Sequence record: PV764938.1
Reading direction: 5' to 3' (one strand)
DNA length: 64,000 bases
Below the pieces are notes generated by a model, which saw only the letters and a list, made by a program, of their open reading frames with translations, was not told the DNA's origin and did no database searches. Numbering within the stretch: position 1 is the stretch's first letter; each line of letters opens with the position of its first letter. Below, in pieces: positions 35,825 through 45,465 of this stretch. A program made the translations under genes and the position numbers.

Positions 35825-36059
35825 CGAGCTCGCCTACGGCTTCGAAGCCGGATTCGCCGTTATATCGTCCAAGGGTAAGAAGCTTCTACCAATCCTTGAA
35901 GAATATTTGGGCGACAATATCAAAGATTTTGACTCCTTTTTGGAGCGTCCCGTTTATCGACCCAAAGAGGGCCGCTCTTGGGTTGAAGACCATTTGTATT
36001 TCCGTACTAAAGCTCTGGCCACTCAAGTGTATCTGAGGTTCCATGCAACCGACATATGA
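35706..36059 (+). CDS. hypothetical protein (start uncertain)
   Basis: Ends LYFRTKALATQVYLRFH; overlaps the previous ORF, so the true start is probably downstream. Confidence 0.5.
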   Translation: MYSEQDLTSPKPMPVLNLQVLKSRSSTPNFTVHFRKLEDNELAYGFEAGFAVISSKGKKLLPILEEYLGDNIKDFDSFLERPVYRPKEGRSWVEDHLYFRTKALATQVYLRFHATDI

Positions 36060-36360
36060 TTTTGGTTGGGAATTCAAATATGGAACCATTGTGGGTTCCA
36101 CAATGAACCACTTGGGTAAGGTGGTTGCAATTCCTACCTATTACACGCTGACGATGCAACCGACCCGCAATCAAAATGATCGCCTCAATTTGAATGAGGC
36201 TGTGAATGAAATGTGGGAATGGTGCTCCATAACATTTGGAGACCAGCGTGACTTTGACGGTGAAGTCGTTTGGACCCACAATTGGAGCCCTAACATCAGC
36301 TTCATTTTCCGTGAAGAAGCTAACTTGACTTTGTTCGTGCTCCGCTATAAGGGCACCTAA
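36043..36360 (+). CDS. hypothetical protein, motif family
   Basis: Ends FIFREEANLTLFVLRYKGT. Confidence 0.7.
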   Translation: MQPTYDFGWEFKYGTIVGSTMNHLGKVVAIPTYYTLTMQPTRNQNDRLNLNEAVNEMWEWCSITFGDQRDFDGEVVWTHNWSPNISFIFREEANLTLFVLRYKGT

Positions 36361-36430
36361 GAATATTGATTTTCTGATTCCTGAACAATTAAGATACTGG
36401 TAAATTCTTAATTGTTTTAGGAGAAATCAT

Positions 36431-37192
36431 TTGGATCTCGTTAGTAAGAAGTCGGACAAAGTGTTCGACGATACTCTAGTCGATCTCGGCGGCATTGCAA
36501 TGTTCGATGTTGCCTCGACTAAGCTGGATAAAGAATTCCGTTGGCTGAACCAGGCAACTGCTGATGATTGGAAACGTTTGGCTCCGATCTATTTGGGCCA
36601 TACCTCGGGTACCATTTACGTTCGTTTCGTGCATCCTTGCCATGAACGTTTCGGCTCAATTGCCAAACTGACACGTTCTTCTTATTACAGCAATTCCTAC
36701 TATAACGGCTACGGTTACAATCGTTCTTACCAAAAGCCGGACCAGTCTCAGGAAGTCGCTGAGTTTGCACGCCAACGCTCGCTAGGCGGCGATTTGCGTT
36801 GGAACGGACGCAACAGTAGCCCGAACCTTTACTCGTATAGCGACTATGTCGAATGGCTGCCCAATTACAATGGTGAAACTCACTGGGCCTTCGATCGCGA
36901 GCGTAAGCAGCGAGTACACGCGAAAGCTGCCTTTGACCGTCTGGGCCGTGAAATCCAAGTCGGTGACTTCTGCACTTACATCCTATATCAGTTCGACGGT
37001 CGTGGCGCTGCCGGCATCTACTTCGGTAATGTCACAGCCATCGATAAGGAAGGCAAAGTCACCTGCAAAAACATCACGTTGAAGTCGGGCGAGCGAGTCG
37101 CTGAAAAAGAAATCAAGGATAATAACCTGATCACCATCCTAACGGATGACTTGATGCGCCAGCTCATGCTAAGCAAGTTGGCAAGTGCATAA
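36431..37192 (+). CDS. hypothetical protein with C-terminal KOW/SH3-like segment
   Basis: FDRLGREIQVGDF...G-x-V-x-x-I; paralogous to 62997..63698. Confidence 0.75.
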   Translation: MDLVSKKSDKVFDDTLVDLGGIAMFDVASTKLDKEFRWLNQATADDWKRLAPIYLGHTSGTIYVRFVHPCHERFGSIAKLTRSSYYSNSYYNGYGYNRSYQKPDQSQEVAEFARQRSLGGDLRWNGRNSSPNLYSYSDYVEWLPNYNGETHWAFDRERKQRVHAKAAFDRLGREIQVGDFCTYILYQFDGRGAAGIYFGNVTAIDKEGKVTCKNITLKSGERVAEKEIKDNNLITILTDDLMRQLMLSKLASA

Positions 37193-37466
37193 AATGTTCC
37201 TCTACGCCTATAGAGATAAAACCAAAAAGGGCATACCGTTCCCACATCACGTTATTATGTACGATAACGAGGATCGTTGGGACCATGCGTTTATGGTTGC
37301 TTTGAAGGCGGAGCGAGAGCGTCTGTGCAGAAATGCCTTACGTGCTATAGGCGTAGAGGGAAAGAATTGGTCGTTCGATGCTTCTTGGGATAATGAATTT
37401 GGCTACTCAATCACGTTCATGTTCCGAGATGCAGGACAAGCTGCCGTGTTCAGGTTGATGATATGA
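37185..37466 (+). CDS. small hypothetical protein, FRL-motif family
   Basis: Ends FMFRDAGQAAVFRLMI. Confidence 0.7.
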   Translation: MHKMFLYAYRDKTKKGIPFPHHVIMYDNEDRWDHAFMVALKAERERLCRNALRAIGVEGKNWSFDASWDNEFGYSITFMFRDAGQAAVFRLMI

Positions 37467-37750
37467 ATATTGAATACAAGTGCGAGCCGCATGTAGATCA
37501 CGAAGGATTCGATCATTGCATCGCGATGGATTCAAAGAATTTCATACAGTACCGGGAATACAACAGGAAAATCCTTGCTGTTTTGGGCCCGGTTTGTGAG
37601 ACATGGAACGACAGTAATGTCATTGGGAGGCATGGCTTCCTTAGTATGGATGATCCATCCACCGCAAATTGGTTGATCGTAGATTTGGTTCCGCTCACGC
37701 TTCGGTTCAAAACGAAGGCCGATGCGATGATGGCGAAGTTGTTGGCTTAG
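37463..37750 (+). CDS. small hypothetical protein, AKL-motif family
   Basis: Ends LRFKTKADAMMAKLLA. Confidence 0.7.
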   Translation: MNIEYKCEPHVDHEGFDHCIAMDSKNFIQYREYNRKILAVLGPVCETWNDSNVIGRHGFLSMDDPSTANWLIVDLVPLTLRFKTKADAMMAKLLA

Positions 37751-37760
37751 GAAAAAACTA

Positions 37761-38144
37761 ATGGAATTGATTACAGGAATGGCTATTGCGGCCAAGAACC
37801 CTAAGAACGCCTATGGCGTTTATTTGGAGTTCATGCACGGTGACGCCGACGGTTACACGGAAGAGCGCATTGCTGTTTTCCAAGCCGACACTAAGGTTGA
37901 CCGCAATGGCAATGCTCTCGAGGATTGCATCGGTCTGATGCGTCGTATCGAAGAGCTGGATCGCCAGTGCTACCTGCGCAAGGAAGAAGATCGTCTGCTC
38001 AGCCTGCCGCATTATGAGAAGTTCATCGATTACTGGCCCGGCGACAACACCTGTGATGGTCAATATCCGGCCGCTTTTGATGGCTGGTATGTCCGCTATT
38101 ACGACGCCGCCGGTAACGAATTCGAGGTCGACGTTCGTGGTTGA
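37761..38144 (+). CDS. hypothetical protein
   Basis: 127 aa. Confidence 0.75.
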   Translation: MELITGMAIAAKNPKNAYGVYLEFMHGDADGYTEERIAVFQADTKVDRNGNALEDCIGLMRRIEELDRQCYLRKEEDRLLSLPHYEKFIDYWPGDNTCDGQYPAAFDGWYVRYYDAAGNEFEVDVRG

Positions 38145-38526
38145 AAAGATCATCATCCCTGATGATATCATGAAGCTGGCCATCGACACGGCCGCTGCTA
38201 TCAGCCCTGAAACACCTTGGGAACCCATTGCAGCGGCTATTCTTTATGAACGCCAAGCCAATGCAAATGAAGTTGAACATTGGCGCGGTAAGTGGCGTGA
38301 ACTTAGTTTCTCAAGGGATGCTGGTGCCGAAGTTGCTGAGAATTGCCGCGAATATGCCAAAGTTATCGTTGGTGTGAACGCAACATGGGTCGATGATGAC
38401 CTGAGAGTCCTTGCGCATCTGGCGGATATTGCCGTGCGCAATGGTTTGTACCAAGGCTTGAATCCCGTTTGCAGGATCTCTATTGAAGCTTTGGCTGAAA
38501 AACGCAGGAGAGAAGAAGATGCGTGA
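38137..38526 (+). CDS. hypothetical protein
   Basis: GTG start 38137 with a GAGG RBS. Confidence 0.65.
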   Translation: MVEKIIIPDDIMKLAIDTAAAISPETPWEPIAAAILYERQANANEVEHWRGKWRELSFSRDAGAEVAENCREYAKVIVGVNATWVDDDLRVLAHLADIAVRNGLYQGLNPVCRISIEALAEKRRREEDA

Positions 38527-38854
38527 TCTTTACACGAGCATTTCAACGACCGGTAAAGTCGAGGACACTGTTAACCCATACACGCTGAACGGTGATGAAA
38601 TTCACGGCGTTCGTTGGTCGGGCACCAATTTCTACAGCGTCAAGCAGATCATCGGCTATAACACCGAAGGTATTTTGAACGGTAAGCTTCACGTGTTCGG
38701 CCGGCCTATTAATGTGGGTGATTTCGTGTATACTAACGTGAGTATTGATCGTATCACTTACGGTCCTTCTCGCGGTTCGTTTGGTGGAAACCTCCAGGAA
38801 ACTGAAGTTTTCATCATCGACAATGGTAACTATCGGATCATCCAAGAGGCCTAA
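38519..38854 (+). CDS. hypothetical protein
   Basis: ATG 38519 with an AGGAG RBS. Confidence 0.65.
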   Translation: MRDLYTSISTTGKVEDTVNPYTLNGDEIHGVRWSGTNFYSVKQIIGYNTEGILNGKLHVFGRPINVGDFVYTNVSIDRITYGPSRGSFGGNLQETEVFIIDNGNYRIIQEA

Positions 38855-38855
38855 T

Positions 38856-39707
38856 ATGCTTGTTTATGCTGCAATTGGTGACGCTTACGGCGCAGCTTTT
38901 GAATTCCTCGATTATGCGCGGTGGCCCATCAATAACGGCCAAGCATATTTCCGCCAGCCCGACACTGGTCTCGGCGAAGGCAGATACACCGACGACACAC
39001 AGATGATGGCCGCCATCATGACGACCATGCTTGAGCAGGGCGATCTGGCGACCTCATCCGATTATGTCGAAAACTTCTTCCAGTTCTACAAGCGTGATCC
39101 GCGTCCTGGCTATTCCATGGGATTCAAGAATCTTATGGATGGCTGCGAGAACGGTCATGAACTGGAGAAGCAACTCCGTCCAATATCATCGCGTTCTGGT
39201 GCGGTTATGCGTGCGGCACCGATCGGTGGTTTCGATAGCGTGCATGAAGTGTTGGAGATGGCAGCTCGTCAGGCCGCCACTACCCACAACACGCCAATTG
39301 CCATTGAATGCTCCCAAGCAATCGCCCTGCTTGCCCACTATTTGATCCACAATAAGGGACCTCGCAACCAAGCTCGCGGATACATCAACGACATGCTCGC
39401 AAAGCGTGAAGTTGACTGGACCGTTGATCGCAATGATTGGGCTACTGTGGAAGCCGTTGACTGTGCCCGCAATGCAGTCACGGCATGGTACAACTCCCAC
39501 AGCGTGACAGAAGTCCTCGTTAAGAGCGTTGCTCCTGGTGGTGATACTGATACGGTTGCGACCATCGCAATGAGCCTGGCATGGGCTGACAAAACAATTA
39601 CAGACGATCTCCACGTAAATATGTTGAACGATTTGGAATCCGGCGTATATGGGTTCGGATATCTCTTCGATATCAACCATCGCTATACGGAGCAGTTCTG
39701 TAAATGA
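38856..39707 (+). CDS. ADP-ribosylglycohydrolase (DraG/ARH family)
   Basis: AIGDAYGAAFEF, YTDDTQM, SGAVMRAAPIG, TTHN, GGDTDTVATIA. Confidence 0.92.
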   Translation: MLVYAAIGDAYGAAFEFLDYARWPINNGQAYFRQPDTGLGEGRYTDDTQMMAAIMTTMLEQGDLATSSDYVENFFQFYKRDPRPGYSMGFKNLMDGCENGHELEKQLRPISSRSGAVMRAAPIGGFDSVHEVLEMAARQAATTHNTPIAIECSQAIALLAHYLIHNKGPRNQARGYINDMLAKREVDWTVDRNDWATVEAVDCARNAVTAWYNSHSVTEVLVKSVAPGGDTDTVATIAMSLAWADKTITDDLHVNMLNDLESGVYGFGYLFDINHRYTEQFCK

Positions 39708-39958
39708 GTCTGACTGAACAGGTTAGCAATAAGCTGACGCGGAAACAAAAGATCATTCTCATTTTGAGCATTGGACTCATGTGGTTGGCCACCACGGCCT
39801 ATGACATTCACTTGAGGATCGGGCTTGAACGGTACCGAATCGAGACTCGCAACGAAAGCGACCGCGTCAGCGCGGAAGTCCTCAAACAGCTCTTGGAGCG
39901 TTTGGCCGAAGAGAAACGGCAAGAGGAATCCGCTGATTCAATAGATTGGTCAATATGA
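39704..39958 (+). CDS. small membrane-anchored protein
   Basis: N-terminal hydrophobic helix, ATGA overlap. Confidence 0.6.
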   Translation: MSLTEQVSNKLTRKQKIILILSIGLMWLATTAYDIHLRIGLERYRIETRNESDRVSAEVLKQLLERLAEEKRQEESADSIDWSI

Positions 39959-40099
39959 AACCTAAAAATTCGGTCCCTCTTAGGGAGGAGCTAAGATGTT
40001 TGGCTCCTCTTGTAATCGTATCATGTATCCTCTTCGCCTGTGTCTATACGGCAATGCAGTTTCGTGATAGCTTTGTTCCGACACAAGTTGAGGTGACTC

Positions 40100-40489
40100 A
40101 TGCTCCCTGAAGAAGTTTCCATTATCACGGAAGAGCAGCGCGATTGGGACGACACCTATCGTATTGATGCCGGTCGCACCTATTGCTTTGAGTTCACGTT
40201 TGCGCAAGGCGAGATCATGACGATCGACGTGATCCATACTCGTCCGCAAGCCCAGGACTTGAGCCTGCGGTGCTGGTTCTCCGAAAAGCCTTATGGTCAA
40301 CAAGAGTTCCCGTTTATCGACTCCATGGACGTTTTCTATCCGGGTCGTCATGTTCGGCAAATCCTTATTGGATCTCCGCAGACCGACGCCATCTATAAAA
40401 TGCCGGCGGCCAAGACGAACTATATGATGGTGCAGAACGCACAGAACGCTGAGAATTTTTTCAAGTTGGCGTTTAACATCAAAGCTTGA
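40100..40489 (+). CDS. hypothetical protein
   Basis: 129 aa, GAGGTG RBS. Confidence 0.7.
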   Translation: MLPEEVSIITEEQRDWDDTYRIDAGRTYCFEFTFAQGEIMTIDVIHTRPQAQDLSLRCWFSEKPYGQQEFPFIDSMDVFYPGRHVRQILIGSPQTDAIYKMPAAKTNYMMVQNAQNAENFFKLAFNIKA

Positions 40490-40513
40490 CATACAGGTAG
40501 CCAGTGTTAGTAT
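40486..40513 (+). promoter_or_regulatory. sigma70-type promoter
   Basis: TTGACA-N14-GT-TAGTAT. Confidence 0.65.
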
Positions 40514-40539
40514 TGGCGCGAAGCTATTAAGGAGAACTC

Positions 40540-41940
40540 ATGCTTTACGGTCATAAGGAGATCGTCGACAACCGGATTGCAACACTGGTCACGTCGGCGA
40601 CAACGGTCGAGGAATACACCTCATTCCTCAAGATTGTCCAAGGTCAGGCCTTCGACAAGCGCAACTTCAACGAAGTCTATACGAGCCAGGCACTTCAGCA
40701 TATGGTTGAAGACCTGTATCGTGGCTTCAAAAAGCCGATTCATGTGTTCTACCACAACGACGATGCTCAGCGCGATGCGTTTGTAGCGGAGTGGAAGATC
40801 AACGTTGTCGAAAACGGCGTCCAGTCCCGCGACAAACAGGCCGATATGCTCTTCGAAGAGAAGTATCGGAAGGAAAACGAAGCCAAGCAAAAGCGCAACG
40901 CCGACGAAGCGGCGGCCGAAGCTGCCGGTCAGGAATACACCGGTGAACGCGAGAAGACAATCGCCGAAATGTTCGGCCTCGAAGAAAATGATCCGTGGGA
41001 TCGTCGTACTGAAGAGGAACTCGAATACGACCGTGAAATGAAGAAGATGATGAACGACGCCAAGGCGGCCGGCACCATGTCCGACGACTCCTTCGCTGCG
41101 CCGGCAAATCCTTCGAACGCAAATCCCGACAAGATGCAGCCGGGCCAGACGCCTCCGAGCAACGGCAAGCTGACCATCACGGACTCCGATGGTATCATCA
41201 ACGCGGACGGTTCGCTGAACATCTCCAACATCCAGGCCGTGAAGACTGGTGGCCCGGTCGACGAAAATCTGAAGGCTGCACGCGAACAGGCCTACGACGA
41301 CAAGAAGAAGGAACTCCTTCAGGGTCGTAAGACGTTCTCGCCGGAAGACTTCGCAGCGGTTCTCGCCGGTGACGGTTCGTCCGATGCAAACATGATCAAG
41401 GGCGATCGTGAAATCCGCAACGGCACCAAGCCCATCGAGCGTCCGTCGCTCTCGCAGAACGCTGAAGAAGCGCGTGCCGACGTGCAGAAGATGGAAGACG
41501 ACGCGATGGCACAGACCCGTCGCGAAAACGACTTCAAGCACAAGCAGGAAGCCGAACAGGGCATCTTCCGCGGTGCTGATCTTTTCGGCGAAGACGATGT
41601 CGACTTCGGTGATCTCGATCCTGACCTGCAGGCTGCTCTGCAAAACTACGGCGTCCAGGCAAGCACGATCTCCGTGAAGGATTATCCCTTCAACAGCCAG
41701 CTCGGCGGCAAGTCGGTCATTCCCTTTGATACGTTCGGTCGCGTTAGCGATCCCGGCAAGGAAATGACTGCGGTCGTGGACACCGTAAACGTTGTCCAGC
41801 ACGGCACTGTCAACATGGGCGCGACCGCTGCAATGGTCGTATCTCGCGAAGACGAATCCCGCGATGGCTGGGTCATTTACCAGCGCACTGGTGGCCGTCT
41901 CGGCAACACCGTTGTAACGTCGGTCGTCCGCATTCGATAA
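40540..41940 (+). CDS. large acidic hypothetical protein (466 aa)
   Basis: AAGGAG RBS, strong codon bias, D/E-rich low-complexity centre. Confidence 0.85.
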   Translation: MLYGHKEIVDNRIATLVTSATTVEEYTSFLKIVQGQAFDKRNFNEVYTSQALQHMVEDLYRGFKKPIHVFYHNDDAQRDAFVAEWKINVVENGVQSRDKQADMLFEEKYRKENEAKQKRNADEAAAEAAGQEYTGEREKTIAEMFGLEENDPWDRRTEEELEYDREMKKMMNDAKAAGTMSDDSFAAPANPSNANPDKMQPGQTPPSNGKLTITDSDGIINADGSLNISNIQAVKTGGPVDENLKAAREQAYDDKKKELLQGRKTFSPEDFAAVLAGDGSSDANMIKGDREIRNGTKPIERPSLSQNAEEARADVQKMEDDAMAQTRRENDFKHKQEAEQGIFRGADLFGEDDVDFGDLDPDLQAALQNYGVQASTISVKDYPFNSQLGGKSVIPFDTFGRVSDPGKEMTAVVDTVNVVQHGTVNMGATAAMVVSREDESRDGWVIYQRTGGRLGNTVVTSVVRIR

Positions 41941-41989
41941 CAATAGGGGCCGGCACTCGTTGCCGGCTTTCCTATGACTGGAAATCACT

Positions 41990-42406
41990 ATGGCTTATGA
42001 TGACGGCGAATTCTTAGCTCCAATCAAATTGGACAACGACTCCCTACTGCATTGGGTAAAGTTCTGCATGGGCTATCATCCGATTATTCAGGATGAAACA
42101 TACCAGCGTCTGGAAAAGCTCGACGTGTATCAGCAAATGCGTGACAACCCTGAGCTGTTGAAGCGTCTCCGTGCTGTTCTGGAGGCGGATGTGATAGTAC
42201 GTGAAACACGTAAGGATCGCCGCTATTATTTCACCAACAAAGCGATGACCACGATTAGCAAGCTTAGGTTTCTCAAGATGAAGACCGGCCTTGAAGTCAA
42301 GGAGCGGGTGGCCGAACGACAAAAAGCCCACGATGCATATGAAATGCTTCGCAGGCTTTCGTTTCAAGATCCAGAAGGTCTAGTCTTTAAACTAGAGTTC
42401 CGTTAA
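41990..42406 (+). CDS. hypothetical protein, FKL-motif family
   Basis: Ends LSFQDPEGLVFKLEFR. Confidence 0.7.
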   Translation: MAYDDGEFLAPIKLDNDSLLHWVKFCMGYHPIIQDETYQRLEKLDVYQQMRDNPELLKRLRAVLEADVIVRETRKDRRYYFTNKAMTTISKLRFLKMKTGLEVKERVAERQKAHDAYEMLRRLSFQDPEGLVFKLEFR

Positions 42407-43242
42407 TAGTCCTTCAGTAGACGCATAACGATTTCCTTCTCAGCAGCAACCTTGGACTTCCAATCGTTGATCTGCTCGTCCGAAATCATACCGCCCATAG
42501 CTTTACCCAAGTTGATTGCAGTCTCGATGAGCGAGTCGATAGCGTCCTCATCTGGGTGTCCGAACATGTCGGAGCCTTCAGCAACGGATTCCGCTGGCTG
42601 CGCTTGTGCAGCCATGGACTTCAGCTTTGCAAGCTTGGAGTCGTAGGACGATGCCCAGTTCGTGACCTTTGCATAGAAACGCTTTGCAAGGTCCTTGATC
42701 TTGTCCAGGAAGCCCTCGTCCAGCTGAATAGCTTCTTCGATAGACTCGTAACGCTTGTCCTTGGCCTTCAAGCCTGGGGACTTCTGGGTGACGGAGGAGA
42801 ACTGTGCCTTGAGGCCTTCCATAACAGCGAGTAGTTCAGGAGTCAGGTGCTCTTCAAGAGCCTCAAGAACCTTCGAGTACTGAACAGTTGTCGTTGGCTT
42901 TGGATCCTTGGTCATTTCGAAGGTGAAACCAACAGTTTCAACAACGCGAGTACGGCAAGCATCATCAGCGTGGAACAAATCAGCGATAGCTCCCTTAGTA
43001 TCAGCCTTAACTTCTTCCTTAAGCTGGTCAATCTTTTCGGAGAGCCACTTGATTCGGTTGAGGTTGCGACCCAACTTGGTGTATCGACCTGAGTCGTAGG
43101 ACTGGAGGTTTGCGATGACCTTTGTGATTTCACCCTTCTTCTCCTCGTGCGAGTAAGAAACGTTTGGGGAGTCGATTGGGCCTGTGTACTCGGCTTCCGT
43201 GAGCTTCATAAACAAGCGCATCTGGTCTGAATGGTTAGCCAT
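42403..43242 (-). CDS. hypothetical protein (possibly late/virion)
   Basis: 279 aa; TAAATA on the minus strand at 43271-76; AAGGA RBS. Confidence 0.8.
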   Translation of the reverse strand: MANHSDQMRLFMKLTEAEYTGPIDSPNVSYSHEEKKGEITKVIANLQSYDSGRYTKLGRNLNRIKWLSEKIDQLKEEVKADTKGAIADLFHADDACRTRVVETVGFTFEMTKDPKPTTTVQYSKVLEALEEHLTPELLAVMEGLKAQFSSVTQKSPGLKAKDKRYESIEEAIQLDEGFLDKIKDLAKRFYAKVTNWASSYDSKLAKLKSMAAQAQPAESVAEGSDMFGHPDEDAIDSLIETAINLGKAMGGMISDEQINDWKSKVAAEKEIVMRLLKDY

Positions 43243-43331
43243 AGAAATATCCTTAATAGAGGGTTTTCCTTATTTATTGACTTTTATCTGTCTGTGATTG
43301 CAGAACAAAGTTAATAGAAAAAGGACTCCCA

Positions 43332-43979
43332 ATGTATCATTTGATTTTTCACTCACGTAAGCATCAGCCTTCTGCCTATTATTACCGCCAGCCCAAGGTT
43401 AATCGCGCGTCGACTCACAACCAGTTTGAGCTTGATACTATTCGTGGCTCTATTAAGTCGCGTTGGGAACTGCACGGTTTCGGTAACGAGGATTTCCAAA
43501 AGGCCATCTGGATCATGGAAGAGCGGATGGATATCAAGGCTCCGCCGTTGCACCTGCACAAGAACATGAACGGCCATATCATCACCGTCGAGAACTCCGC
43601 TGATGCTATTTGGTTCCGTTTGAATCACGAAAACGTAAGCAAAAACAAGTGCAAGCTCATTGAGATGTATAAGGACTTGGATATTGAGTTCATCCGTTCC
43701 GAATACAAGCGTTTCGATGCTGCATATCAGGAACTGACTGCACGGACTTCATTGGGTTCCACGCTGAACCAATCCGTTTACAACTTGCAGAAATTTGCAA
43801 CGCACAGCATCATCGAAAACACTCATCAACTTAATTCCGACGCTGTTTACCTGCATAGCCGTTTACGGACACTGTACGATGACCACACAAAGGTTATGGA
43901 TGATCTGCGCAAGGATTGCCGGGAAATCGCCCAAAAGGTGTTTGACCATTTGGATGAAAAACGCACCAGCATCGGCTAA
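43332..43979 (+). CDS. hypothetical protein
   Basis: 215 aa; internal VENSADAIWFRL motif. Confidence 0.7.
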   Translation: MYHLIFHSRKHQPSAYYYRQPKVNRASTHNQFELDTIRGSIKSRWELHGFGNEDFQKAIWIMEERMDIKAPPLHLHKNMNGHIITVENSADAIWFRLNHENVSKNKCKLIEMYKDLDIEFIRSEYKRFDAAYQELTARTSLGSTLNQSVYNLQKFATHSIIENTHQLNSDAVYLHSRLRTLYDDHTKVMDDLRKDCREIAQKVFDHLDEKRTSIG

Positions 43980-44052
43980 TACTTTGTATTATATTAACTA
44001 AGCAAGAGTGCTTATTCAGTTGTGGTTGACATTTTAGGAATCTCAATTATAC

Positions 44053-44535
44053 TTGGTGTGTGGTTTGAAATTCCATTTGGGTCGAAGCATGTTTAGGCAC
44101 GTGTTAGTTAAGGCACATTGTCGGAAAGAGCTCATAGCCGCTTTGGATATAGCGGACGACTCACTACGGATTGTCCGTTTTCGACCTTTCGAAACTCGGT
44201 TGGCAGCAACCGAGTTTCTCCAACTCAAGCTGAATATATTGCGTTCTCACCGGGCCATAGCAGCTCCAGTAAAGCTTCCGACGAGTCCTGAGTACACACG
44301 GGCTATTACGGAGCTAACCGAACTGGGCGAGCGTCTACGGGCTATTCCAGCGGGGTGGGCAGCCAATAAGGCAATGACGGAAAAGAAAATTGTTGAACAG
44401 AGTTCTCGTCTAAGCTATATGGAGCAGGAAGACACGGGAACCCAAAAGGAACTCTACTGGGTCGTCTATCTAGCAGAGGAACCGCAAAATGTTCAACACA
44501 GTGGATCTAGTCCGCAACTTCAGCAAGCTCATTAA
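44053..44535 (+). CDS. possible hypothetical protein
   Basis: Fills the gap after a TTGACA promoter but overlaps the next gene. Confidence 0.35.
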   Translation: MVCGLKFHLGRSMFRHVLVKAHCRKELIAALDIADDSLRIVRFRPFETRLAATEFLQLKLNILRSHRAIAAPVKLPTSPEYTRAITELTELGERLRAIPAGWAANKAMTEKKIVEQSSRLSYMEQEDTGTQKELYWVVYLAEEPQNVQHSGSSPQLQQAH

Positions 44536-44779
44536 CAACGGCCGCACCCTTCGCAGCATTTCCGAACATATGCGCGGCGAACACATCGAACTCGACGAAG
44601 AAATCGAAAAGGTCGAACAGGGCGTTGAAGAAGGCGCTGATGGCGTTGTCGGCGAAAGCATCGACGTAATAGCTTGCGCACTTGATGCAATCTTCCAGCA
44701 TAAGCCGGATATCACTGACGAAGAAATCTATACGATCATGGATCGTAAGTGCCGCAAGTGGGTCCAGAAATACTCTTAA
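44489..44779 (+). CDS. MazG-like nucleotide pyrophosphohydrolase
   Basis: EHMRGEHIELDEEI...VGESIDVIACALD...RKCRKW all-alpha NTP-PPase pattern. Confidence 0.75.
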   Translation: MFNTVDLVRNFSKLINNGRTLRSISEHMRGEHIELDEEIEKVEQGVEEGADGVVGESIDVIACALDAIFQHKPDITDEEIYTIMDRKCRKWVQKYS

Positions 44780-45423
44780 TAGAATAGGAAACGACAAGGC
44801 TCAGGCTTCGAAGGCTTGGGCTTTTCTGTTGTGTCAATGTCACCGTCGATGCGATCGGGCATTCCATCGGATGAGATCATCATATCCGAATAAACAAAGC
44901 GCACCAGAGCACGAGGCATCTCTGTAAATTCGGTACTGCCGTAGGCATTCGTATTAGAGATCCATGCACGCTGAGCCGGACCGAAAATGGCAAGCATTTT
45001 AGCGTTTGCTGATGGACTCAAGCGAGTCTCCTTTAGGCCATCCACACAAACTGTTTCTGTTCCGCTGTGAAAGAACATGCGAGCATTTTCCGTCAGCAGG
45101 ACATTATCCGATGCACTCAACAGCATGGTGCAGGCGCTGTAGCATTCGCCATCAATGACAATGGTCTTGTTGGAGTGTTGACTCAGATAATCAAGAGTTG
45201 CGAGCATTCCGTTGACCTTGCCACCGAGACCCAATTGGATCACGACTGCATCGGTTTGCTCAAGCATTTCAATGAGATTATCGTCGGTGCCACCGGCATA
45301 TGCAGTGACGACCGTTGTGTTGATGAAATTTTCATGGGATTGAGGACGACCGCCATGGGTAACTGCGCCGAAAAGCGTTACCAGGGAGATCACTAGGATG
45401 GTGAAAAACTTGCCCACAGTCAC
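44776..45423 (-). CDS. secreted ClpP/crotonase-fold protease-like protein
   Basis: Signal peptide; GLGGKV, IVIDGECYSACTMLL, MFFHS. Confidence 0.65.
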   Translation of the reverse strand: MTVGKFFTILVISLVTLFGAVTHGGRPQSHENFINTTVVTAYAGGTDDNLIEMLEQTDAVVIQLGLGGKVNGMLATLDYLSQHSNKTIVIDGECYSACTMLLSASDNVLLTENARMFFHSGTETVCVDGLKETRLSPSANAKMLAIFGPAQRAWISNTNAYGSTEFTEMPRALVRFVYSDMMISSDGMPDRIDGDIDTTEKPKPSKPEPCRFLFY

Positions 45424-45465
45424 TCCCCCAAATAGTGTTACGAACTATTTAAGGGAGAAACTGGC

